Positions 45,757-55,713 of a DNA stretch of 64,000 bases are shown here, piece after piece; position 1 is the first letter of the stretch; each line of letters starts with the position of its first letter. The stretch is from a virus (taxonomy: Duplodnaviria > Caudoviricetes): the IMG/VR virus record IMGVR_UViG_2657245668_000002, positions 20,788 through 84,787 of that record. One strand, 5' to 3'. The translations under genes were made by a program, and so were the position numbers. The notes beneath the pieces were generated by a model that saw only the letters and a list, made by a program, of their open reading frames with translations, did no database searches and was not told where the DNA came from.

Positions 45757-46737
45757 TCATTTACTCTTATTGAATAGATTATCCCTATGCCACTTAAGAT
45801 ATTTCATTGATCTATTATTAATTTTTATTTTTATATCTGTTTTTATATTGAGTTCTTCTATTATTTCACTAATTAATGGCTCGTCTCCGATAAGCATTTC
45901 CCCCTGATCGGAAAAACTAATAAAACCCTTATCGAACAATACATCCACATGCGCGGCCAGCATCAAACCATTATATCGATCTAATCTCTCTTTATCAGAG
46001 CTTTCTCGCCACGGTTTTATGTGACTAGCACGGATCATTTCAGGCATACCTATGCCGGTAACTGGGCATTTGGGGTAGAGTTCTATTAATTTTTTTCTAA
46101 AACCACCTTGACCTACACGTGCATCAACTAAAAGTTTCTTGGTAGTTTCAGGAATATTATTTGAGTCAAGAACCTCTTGCACATCCTGATAAATATCATC
46201 GACTCCCAATGATTCAGCTAATTGCGATTCCCTTACTGACATTGAAATCTTATCAGATATTTTTAATATATTCTTGCTTTCACTCAATTTGAGCAAAAGC
46301 ATACCGAGCTCTTCACTCAGTTTCGTTAAATAGAACTTTTGATTTCCGCCTCCGTCAGTACGAATTGGCGAGTATTTATTTTCAAGAAGCGGCGAGATTT
46401 CTTTTATTTTATCTTTAGGTTTGAATGGAGTCAGTGGATAACTGAAGTCCACGTTAACTTTTTGAAGTGGTTTTTCAAATCCATTTAAATCTGGAGATCT
46501 TACAACTTGATACGATGTAGAGGTAGCAACACCTAGAGCACCAATCTCTTGTTTGGCGAATGAAAAAATTATATCACCAAGTTTCACGTCCCGGATATTT
46601 GTATAAGTTTGATTATTAGAACCATCCTTATTGGTATAAGGGCAGCGTAAAAAACCACCACTTCGTTCAGTTTTATATAGCTTATTATGATTTACCCAGA
46701 AAAATTGCCGTGCCGATGTATCACTCTTCATAATCAT
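45757..46737 (-). CDS. EVE/PUA-like + HNH modification-dependent restriction endonuclease (VcaM4I-like)
   Basis: FWVN..E..GG...GDIIFS N-terminal domain; RVGQGGFR, CPVTG, ASHIKPW, YNGLML..D.LFDKG; AT-rich. Confidence 0.82.
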   Translation of the reverse strand: MIMKSDTSARQFFWVNHNKLYKTERSGGFLRCPYTNKDGSNNQTYTNIRDVKLGDIIFSFAKQEIGALGVATSTSYQVVRSPDLNGFEKPLQKVNVDFSYPLTPFKPKDKIKEISPLLENKYSPIRTDGGGNQKFYLTKLSEELGMLLLKLSESKNILKISDKISMSVRESQLAESLGVDDIYQDVQEVLDSNNIPETTKKLLVDARVGQGGFRKKLIELYPKCPVTGIGMPEMIRASHIKPWRESSDKERLDRYNGLMLAAHVDVLFDKGFISFSDQGEMLIGDEPLISEIIEELNIKTDIKIKINNRSMKYLKWHRDNLFNKSK

Positions 46738-46935
46738 CTCATAACATTATAACTTTCAGACAAAGTTACAACCGAAACAATTACATATCAACTAATGTAT
46801 CTACTTATTAGGAGTTCGTGACCAAAATCACAGAACAATGATAACACATAGTTATTATAATGGATTAGCTCGAGTTTGGGTATAAATATAAAGAACTATT
46901 AAAAATGGTATTAATCCTCAATTTTTACTACTAAT

Positions 46936-47373
46936 TTAGGATAAGTAGCACCTTATCTCTGCTTTGGCATGTTCAAATCCATGGCAAACTTTAGCCACAT
47001 ATTTGGCATCAGTTAGTCGATATATCCACCCTAGTTGCATTTTAGTGACCTTTCCGTTTTCCGCTTTCATCTCAATCCACAACCCCGCATAGCCACCGCG
47101 CGGCAAAGCCAGAAACAAATCCGGCACCCCCTTCCTCAATCCAAGCCGCTTAGCATCCCTCGCAGCCTTTGGCCCGCGTTTACCCTCATTGGGGATATGG
47201 ATCAGATAATCCCCGATACAAATACCATCAATAACAGTTTTATCTGCCCACTCAATAAGCGCGGCCTGTTCCTCGGTTTCCGCCTGGTGGTTAACTTTAC
47301 GAACTTTCCCGTTACGCACTTCCAGCTTTGCTGCTGTTCCGATGATGCCAATGGCATCTATGCTATTAAGCAA
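46936..47373 (-). CDS. VRR-NUC domain nuclease (putative resolvase)
   Basis: HIPNEG, GVPDLFL, WIEMK. Confidence 0.88.
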   Translation of the reverse strand: MLNSIDAIGIIGTAAKLEVRNGKVRKVNHQAETEEQAALIEWADKTVIDGICIGDYLIHIPNEGKRGPKAARDAKRLGLRKGVPDLFLALPRGGYAGLWIEMKAENGKVTKMQLGWIYRLTDAKYVAKVCHGFEHAKAEIRCYLS

Positions 47374-47695
47374 ACTGGCCCCCTTTAGCGGTTACCAGCG
47401 ATTCCTCCAGCCAAATCCTAAGAGTTGCATGCAATGCCAGTAATATCGTTTCCTCAAGCTCTCCAGGCTGCCATTCATATGGTACCCGCCCATCAATAAC
47501 ATCATGGCAGCAGTTGCACCCAAATACGGCCCAGTAATCATCTGACTTATACCCCAGGCCGTGGGTTGAACTGGGTAAATGGCACAGTACCGTTGTTTCT
47601 GGGTTACTGTTACAGATGCTGGGGATCTGTAGCGTGCAGCATTGGCCCCGCGCGGAATCGCGTAGGGCTTTACTTCTAAATGCCGGAGATTTCAT
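47366..47695 (-). CDS. DUF1364/YbcO-family nuclease-like protein
   Basis: LRDSARGQCCTLQIP..ETTVLCH..C..CHD; probable ATG at 47695. Confidence 0.85.
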   Translation of the reverse strand: MKSPAFRSKALRDSARGQCCTLQIPSICNSNPETTVLCHLPSSTHGLGYKSDDYWAVFGCNCCHDVIDGRVPYEWQPGELEETILLALHATLRIWLEESLVTAKGGQFA

Positions 47696-47696
47696 C

Positions 47697-48344
47697 TCAA
47701 TACTCCAGCAGCCGGTTAACTGCCAGTTCCATTTCATAGTCATTATCAAAGTGCTGGCCTAATGTCTCATTCCAGATAACACCGGCCACGCCTTTATAAA
47801 TATGGTCAAAAGAGCCCTGATCCATATTCACGAATGCGATACTCCAACGCTGTTTCAATGTGCCACCCTCTGGGTTTGGCATCAGGTCATAGAATCCGGC
47901 TTTGATCATTACGTGGTTGAAGTAGGCTGCATCAGTCTTTACAGCCTCCCCATCAAACCTCTTCTGGCGCTGCCTGATTACCCTGTCTAATACTGCTTGA
48001 GCAATAGACTTTGTAACATTCTCATAGAGTTCAGGATCTCCAGCGGCACTACCCACAGCTTTAGCCACCTCATGGGCTATCCATTCCTCTGGCGCACTAA
48101 CAAAGGTCCAATCCGGTACCCAATATGAGAAACCCAGCTCCAACAATTTCCAGAATTTACGGTGATGCTTCAGGTTGCGCCGGTCGCCAATTGGACTCAT
48201 TGAGATTGGTGTGCCCGCAGGCACCCCTTTCATCGTTTCGCGATCATGATCAGTGGCGTACTTGATTCCACCACCAGGTAACAGGACGCCCAGCACCTCA
48301 GTCTTTTTCTTTCTCGGGGACTTAGTTCGCTGCGTTGTTGTCAT
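47697..48344 (-). CDS. DUF1367-family nin-region protein
   Basis: RNLKHHRKF..LGFSYW, SIAFVNMD. Confidence 0.82.
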   Translation of the reverse strand: MTTTQRTKSPRKKKTEVLGVLLPGGGIKYATDHDRETMKGVPAGTPISMSPIGDRRNLKHHRKFWKLLELGFSYWVPDWTFVSAPEEWIAHEVAKAVGSAAGDPELYENVTKSIAQAVLDRVIRQRQKRFDGEAVKTDAAYFNHVMIKAGFYDLMPNPEGGTLKQRWSIAFVNMDQGSFDHIYKGVAGVIWNETLGQHFDNDYEMELAVNRLLEY

Positions 48345-49006
48345 ACGGCCCCCATTGAGGACAGCCGCTCGGCCTCTCTACGGATCTGGGCTAAAAATGC
48401 TTCGCCAGTGGCAAGTAACTGCTCACGGCTGATATAGCTAATGGCTGGGCCACGCCATTCCTTATCGAAAATGGCAATAGCCGCACCAAACCCGGCATTA
48501 CAGGCCACCTGAGTGCTATCTTCGGGACGGAACCATGCAGGTACTTCAAAACCAATTCTGCCGCGAATGAAAGCAATATGGTCAGCTTCTTCAGGCCACC
48601 ACACCTCTGACGTTGCCGCTTTGGTCAAATAGACATATCGACCGCCGCGCTGCCGCATTTCAGAGGTATAAGCCATGATGTGCCGCATACCAGTGATATA
48701 TTGCCCTTCATGCTTCTTCGCCGTGCTGTAGGGAGGATTGGCGAAAGCGGCACCATTCAACTCGGTCAGTTTCGCTGCCCAATCTTGAGTGAGCGCATTA
48801 TCTTCAGCAGTGTAATAAGCAGGCGTTTTCGCATTCTCACCATCACTGAACAGATCCAGAACTAACGGGCCAAACATCGCATTGATACCCCAGAACAGAG
48901 CATCTGGCGTGCGCCACTGATCACCAATCAATTTCAACTTATGCGTTTGGGCGGATTTGAGAGCTGCCAGATCATGAACATATTGGGTATTGGAGAAATC
49001 AATCAT
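48341..49006 (-). CDS. dam: Phage N6-adenine DNA methyltransferase
   Basis: DQWRTP, LDLF, NPPYS, GRIGF; probable ATG at 49006. Confidence 0.9.
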   Translation of the reverse strand: MIDFSNTQYVHDLAALKSAQTHKLKLIGDQWRTPDALFWGINAMFGPLVLDLFSDGENAKTPAYYTAEDNALTQDWAAKLTELNGAAFANPPYSTAKKHEGQYITGMRHIMAYTSEMRQRGGRYVYLTKAATSEVWWPEEADHIAFIRGRIGFEVPAWFRPEDSTQVACNAGFGAAIAIFDKEWRGPAISYISREQLLATGEAFLAQIRREAERLSSMGAV

Positions 49007-49355
49007 GCAATGGCTCCCCATGACCAGAATTTGGAACCAGGCGATAAAACCAAACACGCTTACCGCTATCCTCATTGCGGACAGTTCTAACCTGCTTCAC
49101 CAGCCCATGGCGGACAGGATTAATTTCACGCAGGCGTGCGCTTATAGCGGTCTGGGTATCACCTTCACCGGGGAACATCTGGGATAATAACTTTTCGAGA
49201 TCGCGCAGGGTCCGCCAGTCAGCACCGCTGGCGGCACTGATCACGCGGTTTAACTGGCTGTTGGTATCGCTTAAACGGCCAGCAAGGCGCATAGACCTTA
49301 CATCGTTGTTAATACCAACCCTTTCGGCGTTGGGTACGTGTGGCTTGATCACCAT
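48999..49355 (-). CDS. Hypothetical winged-helix-like protein
   Basis: WRTLRDL..ISARLREI..WFYRL; coupled to neighbouring genes. Confidence 0.6.
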   Translation of the reverse strand: MVIKPHVPNAERVGINNDVRSMRLAGRLSDTNSQLNRVISAASGADWRTLRDLEKLLSQMFPGEGDTQTAISARLREINPVRHGLVKQVRTVRNEDSGKRVWFYRLVPNSGHGEPLHD

Positions 49356-50491
49356 TACGCGCCCTCCCCGACCAGCACTTGGCGGGTTCCGTCTGGCGTT
49401 GGTTGTGACACAATGCCTTCAACCTGCATTCTTTCTAGCAGCCAGGCAGCACGGTTATAACCAATGCGGAGTTCACGCTGTAGCCCAGAGATTGAAGCTT
49501 TACCTTTTGCCTTGATGAACTCCACTGCTTCAGGATAGCGATCATCATCGTCCCGTTCTGCACCGTCCAAATCTACCCATGAACTACTGGTTGCCTCTCC
49601 GCCTAAAGCGGTAACCAAATCCGCAATCAAGGCAGCTAATTCACCCGTCATCAGAATAAAGTCCGCATCGAAACGCTGAGCATAATCCTCGCGATCGATA
49701 TCGTCGTTTTGCTCCAGAAGCGTGGCACTGTATTTCACTCTCTTCAGGCTGCCATCGTCGGACAACATGAAACTAATACGTTCCCGCCACTCCAAAGCCA
49801 ACTTGGTAACCAGTTTACCGGCGGCGATATGCCCACGGATCTCGTCACTGACTAAATCCTGATGTTTACTGCGCAGAATACCACCCTGTTCCAACACAGC
49901 CTTTAACTCAGCTTCTTCCTGAAGCACAAACCCAGCAGGCGCGGCACCTGAGCGCAACCATTCGGTCAGCGTCAGTTCAATTGGGGTATCAAGTGTCATA
50001 GGGATAACTGGCAGTGAACCCATGGTTTTGCGCAGTAATGACAATGCATTTTCAGCTTTCCGCGCGCTAGCGGCATCGATGATGATTAACCCAGTCCCTG
50101 CGTTAATCCAGATGGATGTTGTAGAGTATTTGCTAAAGGCGCGTGGCAGCAGAGTCTGGATAACTTCATCTTTCAGCGAGTCTTTTTCTGTTTTTTTCAG
50201 TTTACGGTGTTGCTCTTGTTCCAAGCGTTCAACTTTACTCGCCAGCTCACGGGCGATAACCGGCGCAGGTAAATCCTTTTTTTCACACTGCAATGTGATC
50301 AGGATTTGCTTGTTAGCCACATGCGCTAGCGTGGCGCTTTCGTTACCCATTGGTGATATCCAACCAGTTTTCGCCATATCCTGGCTACCACACGGTGTAA
50401 ATGCGAATTGCGCCATTTGCTCTTCCAGATTGGCGAAAGATACATCGCGGGATAGTTTGTAAATCAACACGTTCTTGAAATTAATGCTCAT
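49355..50491 (-). CDS. rdgC: RdgC recombination protein with C-terminal FtsK-gamma domain
   Basis: [29 protein letters not shown]; then [22 protein letters not shown]. Confidence 0.92.
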   Translation of the reverse strand: MSINFKNVLIYKLSRDVSFANLEEQMAQFAFTPCGSQDMAKTGWISPMGNESATLAHVANKQILITLQCEKKDLPAPVIARELASKVERLEQEQHRKLKKTEKDSLKDEVIQTLLPRAFSKYSTTSIWINAGTGLIIIDAASARKAENALSLLRKTMGSLPVIPMTLDTPIELTLTEWLRSGAAPAGFVLQEEAELKAVLEQGGILRSKHQDLVSDEIRGHIAAGKLVTKLALEWRERISFMLSDDGSLKRVKYSATLLEQNDDIDREDYAQRFDADFILMTGELAALIADLVTALGGEATSSSWVDLDGAERDDDDRYPEAVEFIKAKGKASISGLQRELRIGYNRAAWLLERMQVEGIVSQPTPDGTRQVLVGEGA

Positions 50492-50494
50492 TGG

Positions 50495-51277
50495 TCAGTC
50501 CTCAGTAATTTGATTATTATGCAAACCGTGGTCGGCGGCCTGCTGTAATGACTCTCGGTGTTTACTGTCCAGAGACTCTTGTAACCTGATACTTTCATCT
50601 CTCCATCCTCTTGCCCTTTCCTCCTGATCTTGTTTAATTTTGTCTTTCAACTCGTCTAAAAAATGACGGATTTTTGTTGGTACCCCATTACCCAACTTGC
50701 CCTTATCTGATAACAACAATTGATATTTCTCAGCTTTAGGTTTGGGCAAGAGTCCTGTTGTTACCGCCTGTTCAACCGTGCCTTTTACCGTTTCTTTGTC
50801 CCATCCCTCCGACACTGACCACTCTGGTGATCGGCCTATCCCCTGTGCTGCTTTAGTCAATCGCTCATAGGCCGCAATGAAAGCCATACGCGCACCTACC
50901 TTGTCGCCTTCCTGCATAATTGGCTGAGCAATATTCCATGCTTGGGCAATTTCATTCGTCCAGACCACGGTGTTAGCCTCATCTTGCGCAGGTAATGCCA
51001 ATGCCCACGCCTCATTCGCTGAAAGCCAATCGGGCTTACCGGCAATATGTTGGATATTGCGGATAATATCGGCAGGCTTTGGCGAGAAACGGCCCTGATC
51101 CGGATCGGTCAGCCAGTTACTGAATGCCTGGCGCACTGTGTCGATATCGTTGGGCAGCAACGCATTCCAATAGAGTTCCAGCACGGCTTTTGAAGCATCT
51201 TTGCCGTATATCGCCAGAGTGGCTTTCATGATTTCTGCAAATTCACGTTTATCATCTAAACCCTGCATACTCACCAC
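50495..51277 (-). CDS. Replication accessory protein (DUF6475-like, putative helicase loader)
   Basis: FSPKPADI, EAW, ARMAFIAAYERL; follows the initiator. Confidence 0.7.
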   Translation of the reverse strand: MVSMQGLDDKREFAEIMKATLAIYGKDASKAVLELYWNALLPNDIDTVRQAFSNWLTDPDQGRFSPKPADIIRNIQHIAGKPDWLSANEAWALALPAQDEANTVVWTNEIAQAWNIAQPIMQEGDKVGARMAFIAAYERLTKAAQGIGRSPEWSVSEGWDKETVKGTVEQAVTTGLLPKPKAEKYQLLLSDKGKLGNGVPTKIRHFLDELKDKIKQDQEERARGWRDESIRLQESLDSKHRESLQQAADHGLHNNQITED

Positions 51278-52116
51278 CCATCATTGACAAAATCATCCGC
51301 AACCCGCGCATTGTGCGCCTCCAGCGCTTCCTGACGACTCATGCCGGTGTTACCAGCGCACTGATTTTGTGGCCGAGTACGATTCTGCAACCATTCAAAT
51401 TTCAACCCCTGCCAACCGGCGGCCATGGCTTCAGACAACGCATCATCCACAGACCATCCAGCAGCAACCGCTTTACTCAACTCCTTACCCAGCATGTTCA
51501 CCACGGTCTGAGTCATTGGCGCTCGTTTTGCTTTTCGGTGTTTTAGGTAGTCATCCCAAATCTCAGAGCTAACAGCCATCGGAAAAGCTGAGAAGTCTAT
51601 TGCCGAACTTTTAGCCGCCTTACGTGTGCGCTTCTCTGTAGTAATCTCTGTAGTAATCTCTGTATGATCGAAATGGGGAATCCCTTGCCCGCCAGTTAGG
51701 GAATCCCTTGCTGGCGGCTTGGGCTTTTCCTCGTTCGCCAATTGGGGTTTTCCCGTTTCCCGAAATGGGCTTTCCCCATTTGGGGACTTATCAATAGGTT
51801 GCGATAGCATTCCATCCAACCGGTCGGTATCAATCTGATAGTAAATACGGTGTTCTAACCGCTTATTTGTTTCTTTCAAAACCCCCGCTTGCTTGAGCTT
51901 TTTACGAGCTGTGAGTTGTTCCTCGTAGGTCAATCCTGTTTCAGATTCAATCTCTTCCGTAGTTTTAAAAATGCCAAACTCTGAAGTTTCTTTGCCAGTC
52001 CAATAGAATAACTGGCAGAACAAAATGACTGCGTTTACGCTCCCAAGATATGGAACCAAGCCAGGGTAGTAAGCAATCGGCCGGCCAAATTGGTATATGA
52101 GTTCAGATGGCGTCAT
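51271..52116 (-). CDS. Replication initiator (gpO-like)
   Basis: N-terminal wHTH, TEITTEITTE linker, C-terminal W..Y..HRK..GWQG domain. Confidence 0.85.
   Translation of the reverse strand: MTPSELIYQFGRPIAYYPGLVPYLGSVNAVILFCQLFYWTGKETSEFGIFKTTEEIESETGLTYEEQLTARKKLKQAGVLKETNKRLEHRIYYQIDTDRLDGMLSQPIDKSPNGESPFRETGKPQLANEEKPKPPARDSLTGGQGIPHFDHTEITTEITTEKRTRKAAKSSAIDFSAFPMAVSSEIWDDYLKHRKAKRAPMTQTVVNMLGKELSKAVAAGWSVDDALSEAMAAGWQGLKFEWLQNRTRPQNQCAGNTGMSRQEALEAHNARVADDFVNDGW
51672..51780. repeat. Putative ori iterons inside the initiator gene
   Basis: Five GGG-N4/5-CC(C) imperfect palindromes spaced ~23 bp apart (near 51674, 51697, 51720, 51743, 51766). Confidence 0.6.
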
Positions 52117-52300
52117 AGTTCCCCCTACAGCTGCTTTGCATCAGAGGGACTATGTTGGCGGGAATAAAATGCCTGGGTAATACCAGACAAAGCCCCTGTG
52201 ATAGCCATACGGCGGGCCTCCTGCCCGTCAATAGCCAGTTTTTTACCCACAATACTGGCAATCAATTCTACCGATTGTGTGGTCGTTGGCGTGATGTTAG

Positions 52301-52663
52301 TCATTGGGATTTCTCCTGGCTGATTGGAAGATCAGGCAGCCATTCAGGTACCGGCAGCCCGGCGAGTTTTAATTCGGCATGGACGTGAGCCAGCATTTCT
52401 GGAGCTTCAGCAAACATCGCCAAAAAACCACGAATTGCGGCCACATTGGTTTCTACTGCGGGGTTTGATTCCAGCGCATTGGCGGTGCTTTTTATGGCCA
52501 CTGCCTCGCTTTCTGTCCACCTGGTCTTAATCTGATCTTCACGCACGGTATGGAACGGTAAACCGTTCTTTCCCACCTTTTTCCGGGATAGCAACTCCCG
52601 CCGGACGTCAGAGGCTATCGTAGCCCCTGCCGTTATAGCGGCAGGTTGATAAATTGTGGTCAT
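52301..52663 (-). CDS. Hypothetical early regulatory protein (cII position)
   Basis: Between cro and the initiator; phage SD motif. Confidence 0.6.
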   Translation of the reverse strand: MTTIYQPAAITAGATIASDVRRELLSRKKVGKNGLPFHTVREDQIKTRWTESEAVAIKSTANALESNPAVETNVAAIRGFLAMFAEAPEMLAHVHAELKLAGLPVPEWLPDLPISQEKSQ

Positions 52664-52748
52664 TAGTCAGTCCTTAAATATCTTGGGTGATTACACGCAT
52701 GGACATAAACTGTTAATCGCTTCTTTTTTAGTCCGCCATGGAGGCGCA

Positions 52749-53054
52749 ATGTCCAGTGATAATTCCCTTAGTTACATTAGAGCCTTGGTCGATGTTGTCG
52801 CCATTACCGTGCTATCCGGTAGTGATGAACAACATAAGCTCCGCATCAAGCAAAGTCTGGATGCAATCATGAATCATCCGACATTGGAGATTTCACCTGA
52901 GGGTCAGGAATTATTTGCTCACTTTGCTGCCCTTCTGGATGGTTCAAGCACTGAGGTTTTCCTTTCAGCACGGATAAGCCAAGAAGATCCAGATCCTGAA
53001 AAGTCACACTCTTCCCCTCATTTGCATTTATTGAGAGGGGGCAAAGAGGAGTAG
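52749..53054 (+). CDS. Hypothetical protein antisense to the early operon
   Basis: SD GGAGG 4 nt before ATG at 52749; 101 aa. Confidence 0.5.
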   Translation: MSSDNSLSYIRALVDVVAITVLSGSDEQHKLRIKQSLDAIMNHPTLEISPEGQELFAHFAALLDGSSTEVFLSARISQEDPDPEKSHSSPHLHLLRGGKEE

Positions 53055-53118
53055 CAATTTTTTGTGTCTTACGTTTAGCTCTCCAGCTAGCGAGCCAACG
53101 CTTTGGGCTAATAGTCAT
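52867..53118 (-). CDS. Hypothetical early protein
   Basis: Perfect GAGGACTGACCAATG start motif right after cro. Confidence 0.55.
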   Translation of the reverse strand: MTISPKRWLASWRAKRKTQKIATPLCPLSINANEGKSVTFQDLDLLGLSVLKGKPQCLNHPEGQQSEQIIPDPQVKSPMSDDS

Positions 53119-53135
53119 TGGTCAGTCCTCTACCT

Positions 53136-53405
53136 TTACTGATGAGCTGGTTTGGTCAGAACCAGGCTGAGATTTTCCGGATTACGGCCATAGTCGGCCG
53201 GGTTATAGGTGTATGGGATGTCGGTAGACATATGGCAAAGCAAGGCAACCTTTTCAGGTAACCCACGCTTACGGTAGGTTTTGATCGCTTCATAGGAACA
53301 CTCAAGGGCTTTCGCCGCCTGATACGGGCTACTGAAATGGTTGATCACCTGTTCCGCAGCCTTGATGCGCACATCCAGCGAATTCGATTTAATATCATTC
53401 ATCAC
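53136..53405 (-). CDS. cro: Cro-like repressor
   Basis: Short HTH protein divergent from cI. Confidence 0.7.
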   Translation of the reverse strand: MMNDIKSNSLDVRIKAAEQVINHFSSPYQAAKALECSYEAIKTYRKRGLPEKVALLCHMSTDIPYTYNPADYGRNPENLSLVLTKPAHQ

Positions 53406-53512
53406 AGATTTTCACCTTAAGAACCAAGGGTAGAATTATACCCATAAAGGTGAATATATACCGAAACTATACCGAGCGCAAAGTTTACTAAAGTTGAGTT
53501 ACTTTTATACCT
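53406..53512. promoter_or_regulatory. OR operator/promoter region
   Basis: Four TATACC boxes; ATACCGAAACT (53458-53468) recurs at 54631-54641. Confidence 0.6.
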
Positions 53513-54184
53513 ATGAATACATATAGCACTTTCGGTGAGCGCCTGTTGGCGAGACGTGAAGAACTCGGCATGACGCAGGAAGATCTTGCGGCAAAAGCCG
53601 GTATTACTCGCATGGCAATAAGCAAAATTGAGCTTGGGATGACGCAAAAGCCCCGAGCAGATAATCTATTTGCGTTAGCCAAAGCCTTGCAATTGAACCC
53701 CAATTGGTTGGTTTCAGGGAAAGGAGAAAAAGAAGCTAATAATCAAGCCACGATCAAAATCGATAACGCTTCACCGATTGACGTACTCACCAGAGAGGTT
53801 CCATTGATTAGCTGGGTACAGGCTGGCGCATTCACAGAAGTCACTATGCTGCCGCGAGAAGAGTATGTTTATTATCCCTGCCCTGTGATTTGCAGCCCGG
53901 AAAGTTTCGCTTTGCGCATCGAAGGCGAATCGATGCTGCCTCGATTTGAGCCGAGCGATATTATTTATGTTGACCCGGAATTAAATGATCCTCCGAGTGG
54001 CAAATATGTAATTGCCCGAATGGAAGGTAGCGCAGAAGCGACATTTAAACAGCTACAAATACTCGATAACCAACGTTATCTTAAAGCCTTGAACCCAGAC
54101 TACCCGTCTGATGCCAGATTTGTAAAAGTAAACGGTAATTGCGAGATTATCGGCACCGTGGTGTGCCATGTTAAACCAGTATAA
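53513..54184 (+). CDS. cI: CI repressor (HTH + S24 autopeptidase)
   Basis: MTQEDLA..ISKIE HTH, VQAG cleavage site, GESM, TFKQL. Confidence 0.95.
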   Translation: MNTYSTFGERLLARREELGMTQEDLAAKAGITRMAISKIELGMTQKPRADNLFALAKALQLNPNWLVSGKGEKEANNQATIKIDNASPIDVLTREVPLISWVQAGAFTEVTMLPREEYVYYPCPVICSPESFALRIEGESMLPRFEPSDIIYVDPELNDPPSGKYVIARMEGSAEATFKQLQILDNQRYLKALNPDYPSDARFVKVNGNCEIIGTVVCHVKPV

Positions 54185-54193
54185 GGATATGAA

Positions 54194-54559
54194 ATGATTG
54201 TTAATCATCCGATATCAAAAGACGATAAATCAGCTTGGTTGGCAAAGTTAGGCAGTGGGCATCTGGGTGTCGCTAAGACTTACCTCCATTTTCTTCTCGC
54301 TATGATTTTTATCTCCGCGGCTACTTTTTTTGCCGTGTTTGCTGACTGGAATTTCTGGGTTATTGTGCTGGCGATGGTGATTTACGCAATCTACATATTC
54401 AATGTGGGCCGGGGCCTCTGGTGTGTATCTAAAATTATCAACAACAAAGCACTTAGAATCTTGACCAAGTGTGTCTCTGTATTCTCCTATTTCTGTGGGA
54501 TATCCGCTTTTATACGGGCAGCTAACCTCGTACTTTTGTATCTCCAACTTCAGTCATAA
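54194..54559 (+). CDS. Membrane protein co-transcribed with cI (putative exclusion protein)
   Basis: Three hydrophobic helices, 9 nt after cI, terminator after it. Confidence 0.65.
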   Translation: MIVNHPISKDDKSAWLAKLGSGHLGVAKTYLHFLLAMIFISAATFFAVFADWNFWVIVLAMVIYAIYIFNVGRGLWCVSKIINNKALRILTKCVSVFSYFCGISAFIRAANLVLLYLQLQS

Positions 54560-54581
54560 TTCCCCACAATCCGAACCTACT

Positions 54582-54604
54582 AACCGGCGCATGCCGGTTT
54601 TTTT
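54582..54604 (+). terminator. Immunity operon terminator
   Basis: AACCGGC-GCAT-GCCGGTT followed by T run. Confidence 0.75.
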
Positions 54605-54703
54605 GTCTTAAATTCAATTCAATACGTTAAATACCGAAACTTATCGATCTTTTAGTTGCAAAAGTACCGGTATAGTTATACCTTTTAAGCATCCGCAAGG
54701 ATA

Positions 54704-54715
54704 TGCTCTTTAACA
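54704..54715 (+). promoter_or_regulatory. boxA (nut-like) antitermination element downstream of PL
   Basis: TGCTCTTTAACA consensus match. Confidence 0.75.
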
Positions 54716-54870
54716 AACAGGTTAAGTGACACTAAACGGTCCGCGTGTACCGGTCACGGCTCAGCTAAACCACGAATCACCCACAATTGAGGAAAAAATT
54801 ATGAAGTGGACTTACCCTGCCTCTGTCAGTGTGAGGAGGTAGGTATAAGATCACTGATAACGGTATTTAC

Positions 54871-55086
54871 ATGAATAAACCTAGCCTAGATATACAACTA
54901 CAAATAAAGGAACTACTGGAAAAATATCCGAGCTTTACTTTCCAGCAACTCAATAACTGGCTGAATAAAGACGGTCTTATGCTGTCAATTTGCACTATTG
55001 AAGAAAATCAACAGTTAGCGGGCACTGATATAACGATGAGTAACTCTGCTCCCTGTCGGAAGAACCTCAAAAGCAATCTCCAATAA
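54871..55086 (+). CDS. Hypothetical protein
   Basis: 71-aa ORF in the PL operon; weak SD. Confidence 0.4.
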   Translation: MNKPSLDIQLQIKELLEKYPSFTFQQLNNWLNKDGLMLSICTIEENQQLAGTDITMSNSAPCRKNLKSNLQ

Positions 55087-55293
55087 TGGTTCTTCTGGAA
55101 TAGTGTTTGCCAGCGATGCATAAAATGCTCTTCTCTCTAGTGGCATATTTCTTACTAGTTTTTCTGCATGCGTACTGATTTCAAATATTCCGCACTCGAC
55201 ACATTTGTAAGCTTTGTAGTTAGAAGAATCGGTGAACACATAGCTTCCAGCGCTATCACATAGCGGGCAAGTAGATTCAAATCTTTCTTTCAT
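55015..55293 (-). CDS. Zn-ribbon protein moron
   Basis: CPLC..CVECG; SD TAAGGA before ATG at 55293. Confidence 0.6.
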   Translation of the reverse strand: MKERFESTCPLCDSAGSYVFTDSSNYKAYKCVECGIFEISTHAEKLVRNMPLERRAFYASLANTIPEEPLLEIAFEVLPTGSRVTHRYISAR

Positions 55294-55384
55294 ACAGATA
55301 TCCTTACTTGTTGTGGTGACAGCAAGGATAGCACGCGCCGGGCGTGGATAAATATCCCGGCAAAAACCAACTGAGGACTGACCA

Positions 55385-55630
55385 ATGGCCACAACATCTC
55401 GTCAAAAGCGTATGGCAAAAAAACGCAATGCCCATATCCAGGCACTGGCAAAGCGTGAAAGTAACCGAGTTGAAAAAGCAGTATTAGTTTTGGTGCGGTG
55501 TAAACCGATGCCAGATATGCCAGCAGTACCCCGCAAGCCCAGAACTTCAGCAGATCCAGAGAAACGGATTGCAGCAGTTGCCCGCCAAAAGATGCGTGGT
55601 TGCAGTAAGTTACCTCGCGGCGTGCGTTAA
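55385..55630 (+). CDS. N-like antiterminator (arginine-rich motif)
   Basis: TSRQKRMAKKR N-terminus, position after PL/boxA, followed by a terminator. Confidence 0.6.
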   Translation: MATTSRQKRMAKKRNAHIQALAKRESNRVEKAVLVLVRCKPMPDMPAVPRKPRTSADPEKRIAAVARQKMRGCSKLPRGVR

Positions 55631-55665
55631 GCATTAATTAGCAGTAAAGCAAAATAAACCATCGG

Positions 55666-55697
55666 AGCTACAGCTTAGGCTGTGGCTCTTTTTTTTA
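55666..55697 (+). terminator. tL1-like terminator
   Basis: GAGCTACAGC/GCTGTGGCTC stem + T8. Confidence 0.75.
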
Positions 55698-55713
55698 CCT
55701 AAAAGGAACCAAT

